64,000 nucleotides of DNA from Lingula anatina (lineage: Eukaryota; Animalia; Brachiopoda). The translations under genes and the position numbers were made by a program. The notes under the pieces were generated by a model that worked only from the letters and a program-made list of their open reading frames with translations, was not told the DNA's origin and did not search any database. How positions within the stretch are numbered: position 1 is the first letter of the stretch; each line of letters begins with the position of its first letter. This document shows, piece by piece, positions 52,968 through 64,000 of the stretch. The DNA is taken from assembly GCA_051362555.1 (NCBI GenBank), contig CM120649.1:6324001-6388000 (forward strand), read 5' to 3'.

Positions 52968-55080
52968 GTGAGTATATTGTTCTTTTCAATTTCACAGATT
53001 TAAAACAATGATAAATATTCAGTTCCTTTTTTTTTTTTTTTACTTAAACATCCCCGTGATTATCTAAGTAGCCGATAAAAACAAATAATTCGAATTGCCC
53101 TAACAAAAAAAAAAAACGAGGCAAAGTAGATAAAGGCACGAACGACTACTGACAAAAAGAAAGATTATGCTCACATTAAAAGAAGTTCACATAAGGCGGA
53201 CGGTCTTTTGAAAATAATTATTTTTATATCCTCCTTTCATCTTCTTCTTTTATTGATAATCGGGGTTTTCAGTCAGCAAACCCGTATGTTTATTTGTACC
53301 GTTTCGACAGGCAGACTGTTCAATCCCACAGTCGTCTTTGAAAAACCTCCATCCCCCATCAAATACCTTCGATATCAAAAGCCATAAAATATTCATTAAA
53401 TATAATACTCAACTCAATAAGACAATTTGCAAATGTATCAGCACAAGGAATATAGCCACGATTGGGACATTTATATTACAGAGGCAAGATCTCTGTTCAA
53501 ATATTTTAAACTGATTACCTTTAAAATCACATGATGGTCTATTCATTTTCTTTGCTGCTCATTATGCATCTTTGATAAATAATCTAATATATAGACTTTT
53601 TAACTTTATTCTTTGTTCCCACTTGTATGTATGTGCAGTAGATTGATGTTCTTTTTAAAATGGGCCTGAGGTTTTAAAGTATTTCATTTATGACAAATTT
53701 TACCATTCAGGATAAACACTCTGAACGTTCAATATATTATTTCTGGTTGATCCGTATCTTAATTTAATTTAATTTTTCTTTGAGAAGCATTTGAATAGCA
53801 CAGAAAAATTAAAAACTAATATGCTTTACGCGCTTTTTGAGAAGACAGTGTAAGTATAATTTAAGAAATGGGTATATTTAACATATTAAAGGAAACATTA
53901 AACTTGACCCTACCCCTGCGCCAAAATGAAGCGTGCACCACAGCATATTCTGCACGTCGATGAAATCTTTTATAAAAAAAATACAAATTCAGATTTTAAA
54001 AATAGCAAAATCATTAACAGGGCATTTTTCAGGCATTGCCTCTCAAAAACGCGAAGTGTTTCTTATACACACATGTATGAAGCCATGACTTATGCATTCG
54101 TGTAAAATATGCTCCTTTAATACAATAAAGTTTCTTTAAAAAAAAAACAATTAAAATCAGGGCTGTTTCCATCCAGTATGTGTTGCCAAACTGTTCGTTT
54201 GAAGGTACTGCTGTATGTGAATAGAACACAGATGGTGAACTTTTTTTACTGGAAGCTTATTTAAAATATTGACAGCATTGTTAGCGCTCATGTCAGAAAA
54301 GAACTAGTGCATAGTGCATGTGTACTGGTGTACCTCTTTTCAGTTGGCATGGCGAAATAAGATCTGACTTCAAAGATACACTGTGCACCAACACCCCTCT
54401 TATTAATGCTATTGTTAATATTTCCACACCCTTTACCCTGAAACTTCCACACATTGGAATCAAACGGGATTTTAGAAATAGTTATACCCATTCTTGTGGC
54501 ATATGTGATAAACGGATTGGTGGTTATAAAGAAAAAAAACTGTTTATTATTGTGGTTGGGCGCTAAGCAGATTTTGGTGCGATTCCATAGTGAAGAACAA
54601 GAATTTTATGTGCGTGTAGATGCTATCGTATCATGATACTCCTTTTTTCGGTCATTGAGTAGGTGAATTCATTTACATCTGTGTGCGTTTTAATTATTAT
54701 TATTATTATTATTATTATTATTGTTATTGTTGTTGTTGTTGTTGTTTAATTTTATTATTATTCCATACGAACTGCCCTAACAAATGCATGAGAGTGCCCA
54801 TTCAATGCGACAGAATATATGTTTTTTTTTTTTTTTTTTGTATTATTCTAGCCGTCATTTATTTGAATTCTTCACCCACCATCCCAAATGTTATTCGTCT
54901 TCAAACCACTATTGTTTTTCTAATATTACAGCCGATCTCCAGTGGCCTACATTACTAATAATAATTTGTATTCTATATTTCAGGTTATACTGGCGTGTTT
55001 ATTTATTTATTTATTTATTTTGCATTTTTTCTTTTGTTTATTGTATAATTCTTTTCTTTTTAATTCCAGACCACATACCA

Positions 55081-56484
55081 ATGACAATGGCTATGAAAAC
55101 ATTTTACTTCTCGCCCGAGATGTTACTGGCCGCCAAACACCGTATGCTCCAGGCAGCGCACGCTGGCGTCGACATGCCCGCTATGCCACCTTTCCCCGTG
55201 CTCCCCCCGGCCATGACGACCCACTACTTCTTCAATCCGCTGGATCACTTCCTGCACGCCGCCAGAAGTCAGCACGATCGCTTCATGTTTCGTGATCAGC
55301 AACCGAACCTACTCAGCGCCCCGTTACCATGGGAGGAGATTCGGTCTCCGTTGTTGGACAAGAAGATGTTCCGTTGTCATCAATGCCATTACATAACGGA
55401 CAGAAAAAACAATTTGAAGCGTCACATCATAACCATGCACCAGTCATGCACAAAGCTTCTCGAGTGTTGTGACATCATATTTCCAAATAAAGCTATGTTA
55501 CGTCATCATGTCGTCACGTGCCATCGCGATGGCTACAACTGCCGTATCTGCGGGCGGAGTTTTTGCCGAAAAGCGTTATTAAAGCGTCACGTAAGCGTCC
55601 ACAGCGGGCGTAAAGATTTCGTGTGCTCCGTTTGCGGGTACGCCACCAGCCATAAAAGTAACCTCGAACGCCACAAGAAGCGTCATTCTGAAACACCCAG
55701 CGAACAAAGCTCACCCATTATTCAGAAGCAATCTTCAACTGAATCCGACATTGACGTGGGATCTAATGATCACATGGACATTGTGACGTCATCAGACATG
55801 CATGACGAGCCATACGATATGGAACACGAGGAGGAAGGACAAAGCAGTAATGGTCGTCTTTCACACTCAATGTCTGGAGGCTCGGCTCTCTCGTCTGAGG
55901 CTTTCTCCTCCGATGATAGTGACACTGACTATATCGATGTGTGCGATGACGACGACTTCCCGGTAAGGCGCACGAAACAGGGCGATTATCCACATAAGAA
56001 GTATCGTTACAAGAAATCCCTGTTCACAGACCGCATCACCTGTACGCATTCTGCCGAAAATAAGAAATGCGGAAATGGCGAAAGCTGTTGCCAGGATGAC
56101 GTCACACCAGATTACTCCAGAATTGGAGTTCTAATCAAAGAAGAGCTGAGTGATCCGGACGTCAAGGAGACCATGCCAAATGGTCAAAGTGCGGAGAAGG
56201 TCAAGGCTACAAAAGCAGGAGAGGTTGCACTGATAAACACTAAAATGGAACAAGAGGAAGCGCCTATGGACGTTAAAGAAACAGGCACTGCCGTTGCTAC
56301 TACCAACTCGTCGACAGCGCCCGGGGGGTCGCCTCGCCGCCTGTTTTCAACCCCATATAAATGTCAGAGCTGCCAAAGAGTGTTTCAGAGTCAAGTAGAG
56401 TTGAGTGTGCACTGGAAACGTTGTCAAATCGCCCTAGGAAGCGAACCACTGCAGCGCTCTTTGGCGTCAATGGCGGCCAATTAG
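55081..56484 (+). CDS. C2H2 zinc-finger transcription factor, about 467 aa, single coding exon
   Basis: GC-rich uninterrupted ORF after polypyrimidine acceptor TTCCAG (55069). Fingers at 55369-55440, 55459-55524 (atypical CC), 55534-55602, 55618-55686; C-terminal C2HC finger 56356-56424; acidic Ser-rich middle. Start could be 55081, 55087 or 55093. Confidence 0.93.
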   Translation: MTMAMKTFYFSPEMLLAAKHRMLQAAHAGVDMPAMPPFPVLPPAMTTHYFFNPLDHFLHAARSQHDRFMFRDQQPNLLSAPLPWEEIRSPLLDKKMFRCHQCHYITDRKNNLKRHIITMHQSCTKLLECCDIIFPNKAMLRHHVVTCHRDGYNCRICGRSFCRKALLKRHVSVHSGRKDFVCSVCGYATSHKSNLERHKKRHSETPSEQSSPIIQKQSSTESDIDVGSNDHMDIVTSSDMHDEPYDMEHEEEGQSSNGRLSHSMSGGSALSSEAFSSDDSDTDYIDVCDDDDFPVRRTKQGDYPHKKYRYKKSLFTDRITCTHSAENKKCGNGESCCQDDVTPDYSRIGVLIKEELSDPDVKETMPNGQSAEKVKATKAGEVALINTKMEQEEAPMDVKETGTAVATTNSSTAPGGSPRRLFSTPYKCQSCQRVFQSQVELSVHWKRCQIALGSEPLQRSLASMAAN

Positions 56485-58192
56485 AAACCGCTCCTTGACG
56501 GTGCTTACCAACACAAGATTGTTTAATTCAATGCATGTCAGTGTACATAACTTGGATTTTATGTGTTTTGTCGTGTGAGCAGGGATGAATTTGATTGTTT
56601 TGTTTCAGAGACAATTTCTATACTAATGGACATAAGGTAAAGCGCCGACATTGTCATTGTAATTTACATTCGTGTTAATCAGGTTTAGGAATACTATTGA
56701 ATGCCATATACAGCATGCCAAATAGCCCGTGTTACCATATATGTGTACAGATATATTCTGATATATATTATTTATTCGAATCGGCCGAGGTGTACAGTAT
56801 AATATTTCGCAGTGTAACTTTAACTTTATAACCATGTACAGAACATTATTATACTTCAATTATTTTAAATAGCTGTCAATCTACAAGTGTATCATAAAGT
56901 ATTAAACTGAACATTTCTATAAAAAATATTTGAAATCCTTGTACATAGGTTTAAGGTAAACTGTGCATAGTGTTGCCATTTGATTCCAGTAAAAGGCGTA
57001 TTTCTGGCTATTGGGTTGGCTGTTTTCACTATTTCAGTACATTTAATGCACTGGGACTAATAAGCTAAATGAGGCGTTATTATTGAACAATCATTATTTA
57101 GATCTCTTTTTAACTGATGCTTTTCCTGTGTGCAACATTCGTTCTCAACACACATGCGTGGCAACGTGCGTGCTCACGCAGATAAATAGTATAAATACAC
57201 GTGATACGTATGATGTTATACAAGTACCTTGCACTCAAACAACAAGAACCCTCTCCAACAAGCATAATTTGTTATTGTGATCAGTTTTATATTAGATATT
57301 TAAGTATGTTATCAATCGTTGTATATTAGTTGCCAAAGTGGGTGTGTTATTAATATAACTATTTATGTTTTGTTTTCTGCATGAACACCAATGTTGATAT
57401 GGTTTGACAAAAGGGGATGTATATATACGGTTGTCTAGGAACATATTGCAACAATTGCTCTAATTTTCAAGGACATTTAAGTCGTGCCTGGTTCTGTATT
57501 CGGTGATTATAATCCATTCATATATTTCATATTTAAATTGATCAATCGTTAATGATAAATTTGTGGAGTTGTAAAACTATGTTTTATTTACATTAACTGG
57601 CTCTCTATTTTTCCATATATTCATTATGTATTAGAATGGAATAATTTGCACTACCAGTCACTTCACAATTAACAACTGTTATATTAACAGTTGTTAATTA
57701 GGGGCATGATTTAGGGGATTTGCTCGTTAGTCTACTTATTTTCATTAGAAATACAAAGGATCATTATTGTAACTGATATACCGGATGTAAATTGGCCTAA
57801 CTGTACTAATCTGCAGATACATTGTATTTCGTGTTCAAAACAGGTATCTTGTACAATTAATAGTAATTTTTTTCTCTCTGATTAATGAATTCGTTTGCCT
57901 AGCGACGAATATTGCCGCACTTTGTCTTTGGTTAATATTTTATTGAAGTTTGTTATTTATCTTTGTTTCCCTTTTCCTTTTTTAAATACGTTGATTGGTG
58001 TAATCTGATATTAAATATATTTAAAGGAATCATTGTTTTTCTTATTATGTGAGAAGTATTCTATCCCATAATGGAGTGTTAAATCATATGTAATAGGAAC
58101 AAATCTTAACGGCTATCATACGAAAACTACTGTTTTCCTCTTTCTCTTCTAGATATCTGCAAATAAAGTTCAAAGTAAAGTCCGTAAATAAA
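56485..58192 (+). other. Probable 3'UTR of the zinc-finger gene
   Basis: T-rich; TGTAHATA motifs at 56542, 56940, 57418; candidate poly(A) signals ATTAAA 58010 and AATAAA 58162, 58187. End is uncertain. Confidence 0.4.
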
Positions 58193-60254
58193 GTCCGTAT
58201 TGTCGTTTGCACCATTTCGGCCTTACTTCCATAAATCAATCTAATAATTGAAGACAACTAAGAATAAAAGAAAGATAGCATCCAAAATGTTACTTTATTT
58301 TTTCTCGACTTGTTCTCTTACTAAATATGTTGACAAATTTTGATATGTCCGTTTGCACCATAAAAACTTACTCTTTGTCTAAAGCCTTTGAAGCAAAAGA
58401 AATATGATAGGGTATATTGAAAATAAATTTGACGCGCGGTAAGCACGTACGTGCTAAATCTGTACAGGCAAAATACGTCCACACATTTTGGGCATACATG
58501 CTCGTAGCTTCATAAATCCCAATAAGAAGATATTAAAAACACAATAAATCCCAATACTTACGCCTGTACAACATGAATAATTAGTCAATTGTAAATTACA
58601 AATGCAACGGAAACAATTACGAAAGGTCTATGGCAACAGGGAACAAGATTTACGGGAACAACGAATTTATAAAATGCGTTGACATGATGCTTATCTACAG
58701 CCATCTTCTATATTTGAATTGAAATGATTTTGTCTATAAGTGCATTCATTGTTCAACAAGCTTTAATTTGGATAGATCTACAATTTTCCCATTGCGAACC
58801 AGAATCAAGTACAACAAAATGAACAGACGCATTTTGATGCATGGATTTAGCAGCTAGTTAATCCAGCTAACCTTTTGTATACCATTAACCTTAGCATCCA
58901 GCAATAATAGCCTTGTAAATTTTGGAATAACATAACACAACTTAATAACATGAAAAGAAAAAATTACCGATCACGAAAAAATTGAATAACTAATTATAAC
59001 AATAATAATAACTTGAAGCATTAGCTAACATGAAGCATGAAAATAAAACATATATAACAATGCAAGTTAAAAAATAAGAAAGGTACGTGATCGGTCTTTC
59101 AGTGATCCAAAGATCAGTTTTGCTTGATGTATATGATAAGCGGTTTAAAATTTGGAATTTCACGTAGAGCTCTTTTTCTGTCTCTGATTTAATTATGGCA
59201 TAACTCAGCTAGGAAATGTCTGAGATGACGAAAGCTACTCGCTGAAATCAGAAACAGGGCAACTTGCTCCGAAATCCACTGTAGCACGAGGAGAACAGGG
59301 ATGACGCTCGCGATCGGCGTATAATTTTAACTAACTATTTTTTAATCTGAAAAACCATGTTGCCCATGTATATTCCGTCGTTGCCATTTCACAACACGCG
59401 ATCGAGTTGTATCATTACACCGCGTAGATAACGGGGTTCGATTATTTCAGGACAGGCTTAACACTTTGATTAAAGATTTGGACTGCCGGTACATTCGTAA
59501 GGTTTTGCTAAGTGGAATATCACTCGCCGCGACACTTATGCGACAAGGAAATTGCATGACTTGCCGCAGTTTGCCATATGTATTTTTCTTGATCATTATT
59601 ATAATTTCTAAACGTTATTTATGGCGACTATTCAGTGCCGGAATGGAATGGAAATAACTATTGCGTATAAACAGTGCATGTATACAGGTATTTTCTTGCA
59701 TCTGAAAATTTGGATCAAATTGTTTGATATCTGTTTATGTTCTTTATTTCTACTAAAATAAAAGTAGTGATAATATATTGCCCAACGTAACTTGATTAAC
59801 TACACCTTACTGTTAAAACTTGCATTAATTGCCAATATTTTCAAAGCCATTAATTGTAAACCGAATAATGAATAAAGTTTGCTTGTATCAAGCCTCGTTA
59901 TTTGATTAGCTTCAACTATGAATGGCATAATCAAGAATTAATGATTAATTCCTTTCAGTTTAAATTTAACGTGGCAATCAAGGAACATGTGCGCAGCTAA
60001 CATGATACCCAGCTACAGTATATGAGTGCCGCCGAAGTCTTCTACAATTATCTCAGCTGATGTTTGCAATTTAACTCTTTCCACTATACTATATATACTA
60101 TACTATATATTGATGACGTGTAGGAGAAATTTAAGGCCTATATTTTTCACTTTACGTTCCATAAAAAATACATTTGTAGGTTAGGGTACACATGCTCTTC
60201 ACTTTAAAAGGATCTTTGTACAAGCTCTGAGGGCCTCAGCGCACGGCACAATTA

Positions 60255-60458
60255 CATTTACCCCGGAACAAAATTCCCAAAAATCGGTTTAGAGAGGTTA
60301 GATAAATGCACTGTACCGGAAATGACCACTTCCACAACATATGCATAAATACCAGTCGGTTATTTTCCTATTTATTCATGCATTTTCAAATTTATTTTTC
60401 GTTGGTGTATTGGTCACGTTTGAACATATCCGATTTCCAGTGTATGCCGGGGTAAATG
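60255..60458. mobile_element. 204-bp MITE, 12-bp TIR, TTA flanks (Harbinger/Tourist-like)
   Basis: TTA|CATTTACCCCGG...CCGGGGTAAATG|TTA. Confidence 0.7.
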
Positions 60459-60933
60459 TTAGTGTTTTTTATCAAAACATTTAAATAGGCGTGGGTCTAC
60501 ATGTAGCTCTATGCATTCACTAATGCCCACGATGTATATGATAACTGATTACAAAGCAAAAGAAAAACACGCTGATGAAGAGAAAAACTGTGCATGATAG
60601 GTACAATGTACACTCACAGCTGTTCCCACACCACCTTTATTTTTCTTATGTAACACGGACAGCTTGCTATAAAGTGAAACCTGCGGCCTCCGTTATTACG
60701 AAACCGTTAGAAAACAACGACAATAACTGTACCATCTTCCAGCGTAACCGTCGCCGTGGTTATCTGTAAGGGTTATCTGGTCAAGCATTGGTCAGTGTGA
60801 AAATAATAGCAGCTGGTCAATTACACACCTTTTAGATATCTTGACCGTGCTTGAAACAAGCAATGGACAAGACAAAGGCGGCGTGTTGCGCCCAGCACCA
60901 TCATGGCGGTCTTTTTCTTTTATCTTTGTCGTT

Positions 60934-60992
<59 letters not shown>

Positions 60993-62414
60993 GTGTTTTA
61001 GATAAAACCTTTTTAATTTCTATGGTACACAAATTGCAAATGAGAAATAAACAAAAAGATTTTTAGTTTCATCTCGAATGGCTTACATCCTATCTACGTG
61101 CATGTTATTTTCTTTTTTTCCTTTGTCATTCTAAAGGCATGTCGTAATAAGCAAAAGAGCTGATAGATGATAATATCATAGACTCTTCTAGTCATAATAC
61201 GTACGAAACTTCCAGAAGCAGCCCGTTAGCAATTCTAGCAGTTTCTGGATATAAGAACATAGGGTATATATAGAGCTGTCTGTTTCATTGCTGTTTAACT
61301 ATTACTATTACTTTTAGGGTACACGGCCGGTTACTGACTACTGTTTTCTGTGCCACATGTAACTGCAGCTGAGTTGAATTGAACTGTCAATGATTTTACT
61401 GTTAACATCGTTTATTGTTTTCATATTTGAACACTGCGTTATTTGAATAAACCATATAATGTGAAACGAGTAGTTGCGTATTGAGAATACAGCGGTATTT
61501 TTGCTTATCTTGCAGACAAGAAAGAAAAAACTACTTCACACCTGAAAACAATGTTAGAGCATCGCATTGGCTTAATCGCTGGGCAAACTATTCGTTTCTG
61601 TGTATTTAGTCTAAAGACATTTTTTTTATTTCTTTTTCAAATAATTGGTGATTGATTATTATTATTAGTATCATTATAGGGGGCAGTCCGGTTTGTGTAA
61701 AATAAATATAGACAAATCTATAGTTAAAATGCGGAAATCAATCCTTGTTGCACTTATAGGAATACGGTGGGGTGGGTAGCTAAAGTATTGTCGCACAGAA
61801 TCTATACTTTCTGAAACCATAAAAATGTCACCAGACTAGTGCAGTTTGCTACTTTGTGTCAACACAGATGAGATCAGTAAATGGAAAAAAAGGAAATATA
61901 ATATAGATAATGAATGAATGAATCAATGAATGAATGGAATGGTCAGTTCATTAATGTGTGAATTTAAGAAATACATGAAGACAAAAAAAAAGAAATTATT
62001 CATAATAATGAAGGCACCGTTATAAGAAGATATCAATTCATTTTAAAAAAAGAACATTGGAGTCACTTCCGAATTCTTATCACCTCACTCATGGCGACAC
62101 TAATTGCCGGTAATCTCCTCCTCGGTGGAGTGGAATGAAACAGGTTACGACATTTTACCGCATTTTATGAGGCGTTCATTAAACTTCAACGATAGCATCG
62201 CGAAGGGGTATGCGCCATAACGAGATTTCCGCTAGAGATAACCTCGACAGAGTTGCTGGATGACGCTCCCCAAGACACTGAAGTTTTATCAGGAATTGAG
62301 GGTCTGTTAAAACTAGAATTCAGTGAGACCGTAGCTGAGGTCTCGCAACTGTATGGGGGTTGATTTACCCCTTCCCCACCCCCATCCCTTTTTTACTCTA
62401 GGATACAGATTTAT

Positions 62415-62471
62415 TCATGACGTCATATCGAAGTTCATATATGACGTCACGATCGACTAGTTTTCTATAAA
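62415..62471 (+). promoter_or_regulatory. Two palindromic CRE sites in an inverted repeat followed by TATAAA
   Basis: TGACGTCA at 62418 and 62442; TATAAA 62466-62471. Confidence 0.4.
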
Positions 62472-62723
62472 TGCCTGCAACTACTGAAATCGATAAAAAG
62501 TGCTTCAAATTCAATGTTACAGGAACATTTACTTACGTCATCGGCCAATTAAATAGCAGAAAGAGCCCTAAATCACGCCTAAATCTGTATACGAAATGCA
62601 ATATAAATGAAATAATAATTGTGTTAGTGTTGAATAGTGTCATTTTGATAACTTTAATTATTACATCATTATTATAATAATGAAACAAACCTTTACAGTT
62701 TTTACCCCTGAGTTTATAAGTTT

Positions 62724-62761
<38 letters not shown>

Positions 62762-63676
62762 CAATAACTAACCAAGGTAAAGGTTGGTAACTCAAGAAAA
62801 CCCTTTACTCGTTATATTAAATAAAATAAAATGCTTCTGTGGCCCTCTTAACCTTAACAGTACACCAGCTACCAAAGCGAGCTTGTGCCTCCTTTCTAGC
62901 GATGCCGGTTTCATGGGCGCACAAAGAACGCAAATAGGACGCCGTCCAGTGTAAAGGAAGTTTTAAAGGAGCCTTCGTACTTTATGGTAGATCCAACAAG
63001 TACCTGATAACAAAAATGTGCCCTTAGGGTTTATATGGTTATCTTTTTTAGTGCAAAATACGAAAAGGTGATATTCGTAAATACGTAAAACAAGTTTTTT
63101 TTTCTAGGTGACGATCCACGGTAAGGTGACGCCCAATAATATTTTATCTTTGTCAAGGGCGCGCATAACTGGATTCCAACTTATACTTCGTACATACTCA
63201 TTCAAAAGCATACTTAGATGGTATCGTTATGAACAGGCGAGCTGACGGCATGGCCCAAATCACCCTCATGGGATGACCCGTACAAGTTCCTGTGAAGATA
63301 AATCACGTAAAAATATACGTTAAATTAAGCTGTCGTAGAATATATGTTTTTTATCTCTGCCACGCTATGATGAGTTGTTATGCACGACTACGTGCATCCG
63401 GCTCAGGATGAGCAAAATTGCATTCAAATAAACTACAGTTTATGTTGCTATTTATTCTAATTTGCTCCTTAGGTCTAGACTTTTAGTAGATACGCCTTCG
63501 ATCGATTCCAATTTCCTATTTCACGTCCTCTTTTAAGTGGTAAACACATTATTATTATTATTTTTTTTTTTGTATTTCTTGTTTTTTTTATTCTGTCTAT
63601 GTTTATTCAACATTTTGTGTACTATTTAAAACATGCTTCACTCTGGTCCATCACAATTCATTCATTTTCATAGTAT

Positions 63677-63679
<3 letters not shown>

Positions 63680-63723
<44 letters not shown>
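63680..63723. repeat. (CT)n microsatellite
   Basis: Directly visible; similar tracts at 20124, 30943, 41563, 43231, 43975, 60935, 62726. Confidence 0.95.
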
Positions 63724-63725
<2 letters not shown>

Positions 63726-64000
63726 ACAACCCACAGCTTGCAGAGACCAAACTAGTAACGAAAATCGTAAAAAGGGGGTAAATGCCTAAATCATTTGCTC
63801 AATTTATATAGTAGGCCTATGTATATTTTCAAGAATGTCTTGGTATTTTCCAAAAGAAAAAAGAAAGTACCCCAGTCTCAAAGCATGAGCATACACCCCT
63901 ACCTATTCTTATCATTTGAGGTCATGTCCACGGGGGAGATTACTGACTCAAAACTGGCACGTTTGGCGACCGCAAATTTTCTTGTGTGTGAAATTGAGTC

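Noticed and set aside
53886-54139. Second Kolobok-like element starting TTAAAGGAAAC
   Set aside because: Only a weak matching right TIR; cannot be supported.
54784-55080. N-terminal 99 aa of the 566-aa ORF
   Set aside because: Low-complexity T-rich intron sequence upstream of the acceptor at 55069; open only by chance.
55081-56484. Assigning a gene symbol (e.g. flatworm zfp-1, REST-like)
   Set aside because: Not recognised with enough certainty without a search.
59178-59257. Hammerhead-like CTGAGATGACGAAA inside a 13-bp inverted repeat
   Set aside because: Does not match CUGANGA and has no stem II.

Overview
AT-rich (roughly one-third GC by eye), microsatellite-rich animal genomic DNA, probably a marine invertebrate (taxon not determinable here). 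Almost all ORFs in the track are spurious. Two loci are well supported. (1) A Ginger1-type DNA transposon at 1813-5371 (TGT...ACA ends, CCGG target-site duplication). It encodes an 8-exon, about 427-codon Gypsy-like DDE integrase with one nonsense codon at a normally conserved Trp. It also has a composite left end, repeated GGGTCC-N3-GGACCC palindromes and an internal tRNA-like A/B-box sequence. (2) A single-coding-exon C2H2 zinc-finger gene (55081-56484, +) with two candidate TATA-driven non-coding first exons (about 39.7 kb and 52.1 kb). The long non-coding stretch holds several MITE families, a 0.74-kb tandem duplication starting at a degenerate hammerhead-like motif, strand-biased (CT)n/poly-T tracts and over-represented TACATGTA/TAGGCCTA palindromes. 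All calls are from manual reading; no searches were run.
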